This document shows, piece by piece, positions 17,792-26,369 of a stretch of DNA of 26,369 bases. Numbering within the stretch: position 1 is the first letter of the stretch; each line of letters begins with the position of its first letter. The position numbers and the translations under genes are program-made. The DNA is from a virus. Its lineage: Duplodnaviria > Caudoviricetes. The DNA is taken from IMG/VR virus record IMGVR_UViG_3300008113_007939, positions 1 through 26,369 of that record. One strand, given 5' to 3'. A model generated the notes under the pieces. It was not told the DNA's origin and searched no databases. It saw nothing but the letters and a program-made list of their open reading frames with translations.

Positions 17792-18937
17792 ATGTCTTTT
17801 GGACTATTAAATTCTATTATACCACAAACTAATACTAATGCCCTATTATATCAATCTATTTCGAATAGATTAGTTATTGGTAAAGTATCAATCTCAAGTA
17901 AAAATTACAGTCCATCGAAAATTCGAGTAGGAATATCTACTGATAATGGAGTTACCGTTGATTATTTGTATTATAATAGAATTTTGAATTATGGTGAGAC
18001 ATTAGAAACTGATACTATTTATTTTGGTGTAGATCAAAAATTAATTGTCAGATCATCTGAACCTAATGTAAATTTCTTATTGTATGGTGAAGATGTTCCA
18101 GATGTTAATTTAATTAAATCTGGATTTTTATCTTCTGTAAATTCTATTAATAATCAAAAGAAAACATTATTTACATCTCCATCTAATTATAATTCTGAGG
18201 TATCCATATCTGCATGTAATTTAGATTCTATTCCAGGTAAAGCTAGAATAGGAATTTCTACTGGATCTTTTGATAGTGCAGATTATTTAGAATATGATGT
18301 TGAAATAGGAACCACTCAATCTTATGTTAGAAATAACATTAAATTGGGACCAAATCAGTCGATAGTATGTTCATCTAGTCTCAATTCAAACATAGATTTT
18401 GCATGTTATGGGGTTCTTAGTTATATTACTGGAGAAGACCAAGAAATTGTAAATGGTAATCTTGTTGTAAATGGAAATATTAATTCAACTGGAAATGTTA
18501 ATGCTTCTGGTAATGTTAATGTAAGTGGTGTTATTACTGCCACATCATTTTATGGAAATGGTTCTAATTTAACTAATGTAGATAGAGTTGGAATTTCTAG
18601 TAATGGTGCATTTATTGGGATCGCTACGGTAATTAATATTGACGATAATCTGAAAGCTCGATTTAATTCTGGGATAGCAACTATTTCTACTTCAGATGAT
18701 ATTGATGTTAAATCAAATTTCACTGTAAATCAAAATAAATTTTCTGTTTCTGGATCTAGTGGTAATACATTAATAGATGGAACCCTTGATGTTGGTTCAA
18801 ATGCTACGATTTCTGGTGATGTTAATGTTCTAAATAATAAAGTTAGAAATGTTGGAACAGCAATTTCAACTACTGATGCGACAAACAAACAGTATGTTGA
18901 TACCAGAAGTATTGCAATCTCAATCGCTTTATCTTAA
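17792..18937 (+). CDS. Virion structural/fibre protein with a duplicated N-terminal beta domain
   Basis: Two copies of the 5861-type domain, an N/G/V-rich shaft and C-terminal DATNKQYVD..SIAISIALS; start is ATG 17792 or GTG 17786. Confidence 0.75.
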   Translation: MSFGLLNSIIPQTNTNALLYQSISNRLVIGKVSISSKNYSPSKIRVGISTDNGVTVDYLYYNRILNYGETLETDTIYFGVDQKLIVRSSEPNVNFLLYGEDVPDVNLIKSGFLSSVNSINNQKKTLFTSPSNYNSEVSISACNLDSIPGKARIGISTGSFDSADYLEYDVEIGTTQSYVRNNIKLGPNQSIVCSSSLNSNIDFACYGVLSYITGEDQEIVNGNLVVNGNINSTGNVNASGNVNVSGVITATSFYGNGSNLTNVDRVGISSNGAFIGIATVINIDDNLKARFNSGIATISTSDDIDVKSNFTVNQNKFSVSGSSGNTLIDGTLDVGSNATISGDVNVLNNKVRNVGTAISTTDATNKQYVDTRSIAISIALS

Positions 18938-18955
18938 GAATAGGAGATAATTTAA

Positions 18956-21900
18956 ATGGCAAAAAGACAAATTAGAGATTATGTTTTTACTCCTGGTGTT
19001 GCTGGATCTGGTAATATCAAGGTTTTGGATAAAATCCAACTGAATCAAATTCTTCTTATTACTAATGTAACTGACAATAGAATTCTTTATAATTTTGCAG
19101 ATTCCGCAAATAAAATTATTGTTGAATTTAGTGACAATTATGATGCAGCATTTCCATATGCAAATACTGCATCTAATGGAGTAACAACTATACATTTTCA
19201 ATTTGATACTTCAGATCAAAGTTCTACTGATTCTATACAAATTTTTATTGAAGATGAAGAAGTAAGATTCAGACCATATAATTTTGGTACTGATGCGATT
19301 GAGAGGATGCGTGTCGCAACTCCACAATCAATGCTTGATGCTGATTTTGAGTATGGTTTGCAACCTACGAAATGGCAAACTATTGATTTTATGCGTGGAT
19401 ATCCAAGCATTTATGAACTTCCTGGATCGGATTTACAGGTAACTACAATAACTACAGATGCTAGCAGTACATCTTCTGGAGTTGGAGATTCTTTAATTAC
19501 TGTTAATACATCGGAAAATCACGGACTTTCTGCAGGTAGTCCGATAAGAGTTATAAATTTATCTAAAACTTCTTTCTCTTCATCAAGAGCAGAAGGAACT
19601 TTTGTTGTTTTTGATGTAGTAAGTAATACTTCATTTAGATATTATGCTAAAGGAAGAGTTGGTTCAACTAATGGTGAGTCTATATATTCCACTTCAATAC
19701 AATTAAGAAAAGGTGGATTTTATACTGGATCTGAAATTGGAACTCCTACATTTTCTGTAACAAGTCAAGGATCTAGTGGAAGTTTCACTTCGTTATTTGA
19801 TACCCCAAGTGGTAGCACTAGAATTGCATATACTGGAATTAATACTGCTCAAATAGGATCTCCTCTTACTGGAACTGGAGTAACAACAGGAACACAAGTA
19901 ACTGGAATTGTAACTACTACATCAACAGTAACAGTAGCAAATAATGTATTTTTCCCATCTAATACAATATCATTAAATAGTATTTCTGGAATTTCTGTTG
20001 GTTCTGCTGTTAGCACTGGAGTTGGTGTAGGAACTGCACTTTTTGTTACAAATATTGTAGGGAATACTGTAATTCTTAGTGGGAATCTTCTTAGAAATTA
20101 TACTGGAACAGCAGATAATATTGGAATTCGCACAGGACAACCAAGATTTGGAAAGGGAAGTCTTGCATTATTTGATGTAACCAGACAGAATGGTTCTTAT
20201 AGTGTGTCACTTTCTGTAGTAACAAAATCTGGAACTACAGGAATCGCTGGAAGTACTATTATTGGAGTAGCAAATACAACAAGCTTAGTTGTTGGTCAAA
20301 GTGTTATCGGTGTTGGAATAGGAACTAGTGCTGTAATTTCTGGGATTGGGACTACTACAGTAACTCTTAATGTTCCTAATTCTGGAACAGTAAGTGGTGC
20401 TTCTACATTTACAAATAATGGAATTCAATATGCTGTTGATGATAGAATCGTTATTGATGGAAGTTTATTTGAGGGAAATTCTCCAGAAAACAATTTAATA
20501 GTAAGAGTAGTAGGTATTAATACAATAACGGGTGGAATAACATCTATTACATCTTCAAAAGAAATTACTTATGGTGGAACTCCAAAAATAAGCACGGCAC
20601 AATCTAAAGATGGTGGAAGTTCTATCTTATTCAATCCTACAGATGGAACGGTAGATTATGTAAGTGTAGCTTCTACTTCAGATTTCTCATTCGGTAGTAG
20701 TGATTTTACAGTTGATTTTTGGATATATCGAAATAGAACTGGAACCAGTGAGCATTTATTCGATATGAGGGCATCTTCTACTACAGAAGTTGCAGTATCT
20801 CTTTTGATTGATTCAAGTGATAAAGTAAATTTCCTTTTGAATGGATCTAATGTAATAACTGGTATTACTACTGCTACTATTTCAACTTGGCATCATGTTG
20901 CATTATCTAGATCGGGTTCAACTACAAGATTATTTGTAAATGGAAATCTTGAAGGATCCGTTTCTGATTTTAATAATTATGCAAATAAACCAGTTGTAGT
21001 TGGATCTAGATATAACGGAACGTTTGGATTTTATGGTTATGTTGATGAATTGAGAGTTTCTAAAGGTATATCTAGATTTACTAGTTCTTTTGATCCAGCA
21101 GCTTCTGTAACTTATAATAATGATGTATATAATGTTTTATACATGAAGTGTAGAGGATCAAATAATACAACTAGTTTTGCTGATGATTCTCAAGGAGTTG
21201 CACCATTAAGTGATAAAACTTATCTTTCAGTATTTGGAGTTGCTTCTGGATCTGGAACTGGAGCGAGATTTAATGTTCTTAGAGTTGGAGGAGCGTCTCC
21301 ATCATATACAGCCACATTAGTTGATGGTGGTGAGAATTATGCATCTTCTGAGACAATTACTATAGATGGATCAGCTCTTGGTGGTGTTTCTTCAGTTAAT
21401 GATTTGACAATTACCGTAACCACTGCTAATGGTTCTGGAAGCATTACTGCATTTACTTCATCTGGAACTGCAGATAGTGGATATATTACTGTTCAAGCAA
21501 TTGGCGATTATAATGGACGTGCTTCAAATTCTGGAACTGGAGCAACATTCAATCTTACAAAGAGTGGAACATCATATTTTGCAACTGTAGCAAATCCTGG
21601 AACTGGTTATTATCCTGGATATCAAATTTATTTTGCTGGAGTTGATTTTGGGTATGTAAGCCCAGATAATGATTTATATGTTACAATATCTGGATCGGAT
21701 ATAATTAATCCTACTTTCGGAAATGTTTCTACAGTAACTACTTCTGGAATAGCGGTAGCTTCTGATCAAATTACATTCTATCCCTCAGTTACTATAAGTG
21801 ATCCAACTATAAGCACAATTCCGAATACCACTACGTTTAACTTTGGATCTCTAGCAAGAATTTTAGTTTCATTTAATTCTAATCACGGACTTGTTCCTGG

Positions 21901-24196
21901 AGACACTGCTTTAATATCAATTACATCTGCGGGAAGCAATCATCAACTTGCATCTGGTCCTAGATTAATTGATGAAGTTCCAAATTTAAATCAACTCACC
22001 TATACAGCTCGTGCTCAAGGAACTATTGACACTGGCACTCAATTAGTTGGTTTGATATATCCAAGACCAGAGTGTTTCTATATTCATAGACCTTTTGATG
22101 GTGGAGTTCAATTAGGAACTGGTGGTCCATCTCATGGAGCACATGCTATTCGTCAAAGTAAGAAATATCTTAGATATCAATCTGGTAAAGGTATCATGTA
22201 CACCACTGGAACATTATTTGCTCCAGCTTATGATTTAAGATCTATAACTTCATCTGGAACTGCCCCAGGAAGTTTAATAACAATTATAACGGATGATGTT
22301 GAACATGGACTTCAAGTTGGAGCAGAGATTTCTTTAAATGATATTACCACTAGTGGTTATGACGGACATTATACTGTTAATAGTATTATTGATGAAAATT
22401 CATTTACTGTATTAGCAACTCAAACTCTTGGGAATGCAACTGCAGTTTTAGGAACACAAGCTCAAGTTTCTCTTTATAAATGGAAGGGAGCGACAGTTCG
22501 TGCTGGTGCATTTGATGATCAAAATGGAATTTTCTGGCAATATGATGGTATAAACCTTTCTGTTGGTATGCGTTCTGCAACATATCAAATTGCTGGAACA
22601 ATTGGGATCTCTACTAATTCAAATTTAGTCACTGGAACTAATACAAGATTTTTGGACCAATTGATTGTCGGAGATAGGATCTCTATTCGTGGAATGACAC
22701 ACATTGTAACTAATGTTTCCAGTCAAACTTCAATGACCGTTACTCCCGATTATAGAGGAGTAGATAATGTTGTTTCAGGAAAAGCTGCATTAGTAAAAGA
22801 AACGATAATTCCACAAAGTCAGTGGAATATTGATAGAGCTGATGGTACGGGTCCAAGTGGATATGAAATTAAAGTTGGAAAAATGCAAATGATTGGATTC
22901 CAATATACTTGGTATGGTGCTGGATTTATTGATTGGATGCTTCGTGGTCCAAATGGTGATTATCTATTTGTTCATAGACTTAAGAATAATAATAGAAATA
23001 CTGAAGCATTTATGAGATCTGGTAACTTACCAGTTAGATATGAAGTCATTAATGAAGGTGCAAAAACTAGATTAACTCAGTCAATAGGATCTGGATCTAC
23101 CTCAATTTATGTTTCTGATACTTCTGTATTACCTTCCTCTGGATCTCTTTATATTGACAATGAAATTATTAATTATACTGGAATTGGAACAACAACGAAT
23201 ACTTTAAATGGAATAACCAGACAAGCCACATTTACAAATTACTATTCTGGATCTCAAAGATCATATACTGCTGGAATATCATCAAATCATTCTTCTGGAA
23301 CTGGTGTTGTTCTTTTAAGTAATACTGCTACTCCTGTAATTAGTCACTGGGGTTCTGCATTCTTGACTGATGGATTGTTTGACCAAGATAGGGGATATAT
23401 TTTCAACTATCAATCGGTTAATTTTCCAGTTTCTACAACTAAAAATACTGCATTCTTGATTCGTCTCGCACCTAGCGTTTCAAATTCAATTATTGGTGAT
23501 CTTGGGCAAAGAGAATTAATTAACCGAGCACAATTGTTACTTCAGGGTATTGAATTTACTCCAACTGGAGGAACTTCTGCAACTAGTGTTGTTATTGAAG
23601 GAATTCTGAATCCTCAGAATTATCCAACAAATCCATCTAATATAAATTGGTTTTCTCTTAGTAGTTCTGGAGCTGGTGGGCAACCATCATTTGCTCAAAT
23701 TGCTAACGGATCTAGTGTCACATGGTTGGGATCAGCTTCTCCAATCACTGCATCGAACTCAATTACACAAAGTTTCAGAACTCAATATGTAATATTTAAT
23801 AGAGCAGCGACGGCGAATGTTAGAACTGGTATGAGTATTTCTGGAACAGGGGTTCCTGGAGGTGCTACTGTTGTTGGATTTTCTAATTATGATTCCACAA
23901 ATTGGTATATTATATTCTCTACAGCAATTACTCCTGGAACTGCAGGATCTATAACTTATACTTTTAGTACCCCTGTTGCTGCACAACCTGGGGAGCAGGT
24001 ATTCTCTTTCGTTGGTGATGCCACTCAAAAATCTACACTTGACCTTTCTTCTCTTAAAGAATTAAATAACACCCCGATTGGGGGAAGAGGGACTTTCCCG
24101 AACGGTCCTGATGTTCTTGCTATTAATGTTTATACTACTGGAGGATCTGCATTTACTGGAACTCTTGCATTACGTTGGGGTGAAGCACAAGCATAA
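18956..24196 (+). CDS. Very large virion structural/tail protein with a LamG/concanavalin-A-like domain
   Basis: AGGAG RBS; DFTVDFWIY...WHHVALSRSGSTTRLFVNG...GYVDELRVSKG; HGL..G repeats; S/T/G-rich. Confidence 0.82.
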   Translation: MAKRQIRDYVFTPGVAGSGNIKVLDKIQLNQILLITNVTDNRILYNFADSANKIIVEFSDNYDAAFPYANTASNGVTTIHFQFDTSDQSSTDSIQIFIEDEEVRFRPYNFGTDAIERMRVATPQSMLDADFEYGLQPTKWQTIDFMRGYPSIYELPGSDLQVTTITTDASSTSSGVGDSLITVNTSENHGLSAGSPIRVINLSKTSFSSSRAEGTFVVFDVVSNTSFRYYAKGRVGSTNGESIYSTSIQLRKGGFYTGSEIGTPTFSVTSQGSSGSFTSLFDTPSGSTRIAYTGINTAQIGSPLTGTGVTTGTQVTGIVTTTSTVTVANNVFFPSNTISLNSISGISVGSAVSTGVGVGTALFVTNIVGNTVILSGNLLRNYTGTADNIGIRTGQPRFGKGSLALFDVTRQNGSYSVSLSVVTKSGTTGIAGSTIIGVANTTSLVVGQSVIGVGIGTSAVISGIGTTTVTLNVPNSGTVSGASTFTNNGIQYAVDDRIVIDGSLFEGNSPENNLIVRVVGINTITGGITSITSSKEITYGGTPKISTAQSKDGGSSILFNPTDGTVDYVSVASTSDFSFGSSDFTVDFWIYRNRTGTSEHLFDMRASSTTEVAVSLLIDSSDKVNFLLNGSNVITGITTATISTWHHVALSRSGSTTRLFVNGNLEGSVSDFNNYANKPVVVGSRYNGTFGFYGYVDELRVSKGISRFTSSFDPAASVTYNNDVYNVLYMKCRGSNNTTSFADDSQGVAPLSDKTYLSVFGVASGSGTGARFNVLRVGGASPSYTATLVDGGENYASSETITIDGSALGGVSSVNDLTITVTTANGSGSITAFTSSGTADSGYITVQAIGDYNGRASNSGTGATFNLTKSGTSYFATVANPGTGYYPGYQIYFAGVDFGYVSPDNDLYVTISGSDIINPTFGNVSTVTTSGIAVASDQITFYPSVTISDPTISTIPNTTTFNFGSLARILVSFNSNHGLVPGDTALISITSAGSNHQLASGPRLIDEVPNLNQLTYTARAQGTIDTGTQLVGLIYPRPECFYIHRPFDGGVQLGTGGPSHGAHAIRQSKKYLRYQSGKGIMYTTGTLFAPAYDLRSITSSGTAPGSLITIITDDVEHGLQVGAEISLNDITTSGYDGHYTVNSIIDENSFTVLATQTLGNATAVLGTQAQVSLYKWKGATVRAGAFDDQNGIFWQYDGINLSVGMRSATYQIAGTIGISTNSNLVTGTNTRFLDQLIVGDRISIRGMTHIVTNVSSQTSMTVTPDYRGVDNVVSGKAALVKETIIPQSQWNIDRADGTGPSGYEIKVGKMQMIGFQYTWYGAGFIDWMLRGPNGDYLFVHRLKNNNRNTEAFMRSGNLPVRYEVINEGAKTRLTQSIGSGSTSIYVSDTSVLPSSGSLYIDNEIINYTGIGTTTNTLNGITRQATFTNYYSGSQRSYTAGISSNHSSGTGVVLLSNTATPVISHWGSAFLTDGLFDQDRGYIFNYQSVNFPVSTTKNTAFLIRLAPSVSNSIIGDLGQRELINRAQLLLQGIEFTPTGGTSATSVVIEGILNPQNYPTNPSNINWFSLSSSGAGGQPSFAQIANGSSVTWLGSASPITASNSITQSFRTQYVIFNRAATANVRTGMSISGTGVPGGATVVGFSNYDSTNWYIIFSTAITPGTAGSITYTFSTPVAAQPGEQVFSFVGDATQKSTLDLSSLKELNNTPIGGRGTFPNGPDVLAINVYTTGGSAFTGTLALRWGEAQA

Positions 24197-24197
24197 T

Positions 24198-24227
24198 TTG
24201 ACTTAGATTTGAATATTGATATATAAT
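24198..24227 (+). promoter_or_regulatory. Sigma70-like early promoter
   Basis: TTGACT (24198-24203), 18-nt spacer, TATAAT (24222-24227), upstream of glutaredoxin. Confidence 0.6.
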
Positions 24228-24234
24228 AGTAAAT

Positions 24235-24259
24235 AAATCCTCCCTTTCTGGGGGGATTT
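24235..24259 (+). terminator. Stem-loop, probable terminator or 5' RNA hairpin
   Basis: AAATCCTCCC-TTTCT-GGGGGGATTT, a 10-bp stem with one G-U pair; weak U tail. Confidence 0.55.
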
Positions 24260-24281
24260 CTATTATCAACGTTGGAAAATT

Positions 24282-24521
24282 ATGAGATTTACAGTCTATT
24301 CAAAAGATGGTTGTCCCTATTGCAATAAAGTGGAGCAAGTGCTACAATTGGCGGGACTGGAACATAAAGTCTATAAATTAGACGAGCATTTTAATCGTGA
24401 AGATTTTTATGCAGAATTTGGATCTGGTTCTACATTTCCTCAAGTTCTTTTAAATGATCAACAAAGACTTGGTGGATGTACTGATACAGTAAAATACCTA
24501 CAAGAAAACAGTATTATCTAA
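24282..24521 (+). CDS. nrdC: Glutaredoxin (T4 NrdC-like)
   Basis: CPYC active site, TFPQV, LGGCTD; 79 aa. Confidence 0.9.
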   Translation: MRFTVYSKDGCPYCNKVEQVLQLAGLEHKVYKLDEHFNREDFYAEFGSGSTFPQVLLNDQQRLGGCTDTVKYLQENSII

Positions 24522-24880
24522 TGAACAGCACATTTCACGAAGTTTATTACGATGTGGAAAAAGCAATTGATCTTGCTTTTAAAGGTCAATTTGTTCTAAA
24601 ATTTTATGACTATTTGAAAATCAAATCTGTAGTCAAAAGAGAAATTGAAGAGTTCATTGAAAGTTCTACCGCAAGCGAACTCAATAGTCTTATAATGGAT
24701 CTTGATGATTATCTAGAAGGTGGTTCAGATGAAATGCACAAACAACTTCGTGAAGCATACGGTCATATTCCAAAACCGCAAGCAAGAAAAATTAGGAATT
24801 ATTTGTATGGCATCCTAGAAGATGCATGGAAATATAATCATGATAGAAGACCAGGAAGGCGAAAGAAAGAAACTAAATAA
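24521..24880 (+). CDS. Hypothetical protein
   Basis: TAATG-coupled to glutaredoxin; 119-aa ORF. Confidence 0.75.
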   Translation: MNSTFHEVYYDVEKAIDLAFKGQFVLKFYDYLKIKSVVKREIEEFIESSTASELNSLIMDLDDYLEGGSDEMHKQLREAYGHIPKPQARKIRNYLYGILEDAWKYNHDRRPGRRKKETK

Positions 24881-24917
24881 TAAAAGAGAACCGCAGATTA
24901 ATCGCGGTTTCGAATTG

Positions 24918-25055
24918 ATGTTACGTCAGCATAATAGGAGGGAGAAACCATCGGAACCAAAAACATTTTTAATTCGTTTTGGTAAGATGTTATCTCTCTT
25001 CAAACGAGAGGTACATTTTCAATTTGAATTATTTTTGGATATAAAGAAAAAGTAA
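24918..25055 (+). CDS. Small basic hypothetical protein (start uncertain)
   Basis: The in-frame ATG at 24918 of ORF 24822..25055 avoids the overlap and lies downstream of ACTAAATA (24872-24879). Confidence 0.5.
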   Translation: MLRQHNRREKPSEPKTFLIRFGKMLSLFKREVHFQFELFLDIKKK

Positions 25056-25072
25056 CTCTCGGGGAAAGAACA

Positions 25073-25300
25073 ATGGAAACGCCTTATATTCTCACATTCA
25101 CCGTATTATTTTCCTTGATGTTTTTAATGATTGGAAGTATAATGGGGTGGATATTAAAACAAAGTCAATTTGAAAAAATCTATGGCATTCCAAACCTTCA
25201 TCCAGAAATGTATGATGAACATGGCAATGTTGTTCCAGATGAAATTTTAGCAGTGAGATTTGAAAACGATTATGACTACGACGACGAAGACGAAGACTGA
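25073..25300 (+). CDS. Small membrane-anchored hypothetical protein
   Basis: N-terminal hydrophobic helix, HPEMYDEHGN motif, acidic tail. Confidence 0.7.
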   Translation: METPYILTFTVLFSLMFLMIGSIMGWILKQSQFEKIYGIPNLHPEMYDEHGNVVPDEILAVRFENDYDYDDEDED

Positions 25301-25853
25301 AAAACCAATTCCTAAACTTCAACCTAATCCATTTCAACACGAGATTCTAGAACTTGCTTCTAAGCAAAGATCGAATGCTAAGAAAGTAGAAGTTCTTAAA
25401 GAATACAGAAATGATGGATTAGTTACTATTCTTATCATGAATTTTGATGAGAGTATTGTTAGTGTTCTCCCAGAAGGATCTGTTCCTTACGCAACAGTAG
25501 ATGGACAGACTTCTATTGGAGGAAATCTTACTGATCTTATTGAAAGTAAGGCGAAGAATGATGGAATGAAGAGTAACGGTTACTATGGAACCGAAGAATT
25601 TACTAATGAAACTTTGAAGACATCCATTAGGAATGAATGCCAAAACTTTTACATTTATGTAAAAGGTGGTAATGATAGTCTTTCTAGACTCCGTAAGGAA
25701 ACAATGTTTATTAATATGCTTCAGGGACTTCATCCTCTTGAAGCAGAACTTATGTGCCTTGTTAAAGACAAAAGACTTGAGGATAAATATAAGATAACAA
25801 AAGAAATCGTATCTGAGGCTTATCCAGATATTACTTGGGGAGGCCGTTCATGA
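25272..25853 (+). CDS. Hypothetical protein
   Basis: Long ORF; ATG at 25272; ETMFINMLQGLHPLEAEL motif of the kind seen in T4-like phage hypotheticals. Confidence 0.72.
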   Translation: MTTTTKTKTEKPIPKLQPNPFQHEILELASKQRSNAKKVEVLKEYRNDGLVTILIMNFDESIVSVLPEGSVPYATVDGQTSIGGNLTDLIESKAKNDGMKSNGYYGTEEFTNETLKTSIRNECQNFYIYVKGGNDSLSRLRKETMFINMLQGLHPLEAELMCLVKDKRLEDKYKITKEIVSEAYPDITWGGRS

Positions 25854-26188
25854 GTTCCGTAGCTTTGGAGGATGGTGTAAAAGTGGAATGGTCACAAGAA
25901 GAAAAAAAGCATCTTCTTCCAAAATACGGATGCCAATTATTAATTGAAAATGCCACTATGGATCAGGCAAAGGATAGTTCTTTGCCTAGTGATGCATATC
26001 TTATTTGGTACAAGATAAACGATAAGGTCTTTATGGATATTTGTCGTTGTAGAAAAAGAGTAGATCTTTTTGATCTTTACTACGATAAGTTTGGTCCCGA
26101 ATCAATTCAAAAAATTGATTTTGGATATGGAAGAGTTAATCCAAAACTTTGGGGATATAAAGCACCAGAAGGAAAGAAAAAAAGATGA
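25850..26188 (+). CDS. Hypothetical protein
   Basis: ATGA overlap with the upstream stop codon places the start at 25850. Confidence 0.72.
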   Translation: MSSVALEDGVKVEWSQEEKKHLLPKYGCQLLIENATMDQAKDSSLPSDAYLIWYKINDKVFMDICRCRKRVDLFDLYYDKFGPESIQKIDFGYGRVNPKLWGYKAPEGKKKR

Positions 26189-26369
26189 TTGGAGCAGGTG
26201 GATTTGGTGGAGGAGGAAAAGCAAAAGTAACTCTCTACACAGATGAAGTTAATAATCTGATTAAAAAATATAAAAAAATTAAAAAATATATGAAGTCTCC
26301 ATTGTATCAAGTAAAGACAATGGATGGAACAGAAGAAGTTGTGTCGGAACTTTTAAAAGAATATGAGGA
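26185..26369 (+). CDS. Hypothetical protein, 3'-truncated (missing from the ORF track)
   Basis: ATGA overlap at 26185; open frame MIGAGGFGGGGKAKVTLYTDEVNNLIKKYKKIKKYMKS... to the window end. Confidence 0.65.
   Translation, partial: MIGAGGFGGGGKAKVTLYTDEVNNLIKKYKKIKKYMKSPLYQVKTMDGTEEVVSELLKEYE

Noticed and set aside
606-26310. Short nested or antisense ORFs in the track (e.g. 3157-3907, 6585-6833, 11377-11724, 23759-24028, 25419-25733, 26107-26310)
   Set aside because: They overlap well-supported genes and show no recognisable motifs.
1-26369. Bacterial LPS locus, tRNAs, introns/inteins or mobile elements
   Set aside because: T4-type late promoters, fibre genes and NrdC-like glutaredoxin indicate a phage; intergenic gaps are short and no such elements were recognised by eye.

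Overview
AT-rich segment of a T4-like (Kyanoviridae-like, probably cyanophage) myovirus genome; the host assignment is inference. Bases 1-9993 and 17786-24196 are late structural/tail-fibre genes: a repeat protein, an Mtd_N-like protein, 1225-aa and 1746-aa fibre proteins, three paralogous Cys/Gly-rich proteins and a putative chaperone. Between them lies a ~7.7 kb sugar-synthesis and tailoring cassette: a GT9 heptosyltransferase-like enzyme, two NodU/CmcH carbamoyltransferases, a 2OG-Fe(II) oxygenase, split HldE (nucleotidyltransferase + kinase), a HAD phosphatase, a cupin and an inverted HldD epimerase. The best candidate for an undescribed system is phage-encoded heptosylation/carbamoylation of virion tail-fibre proteins. 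Two lesions are visible: a frameshift/truncation in the second Cys-rich gene and a ~12-aa deletion in HldD. The window ends with glutaredoxin and small hypothetical genes. All family calls come from motifs read by eye.
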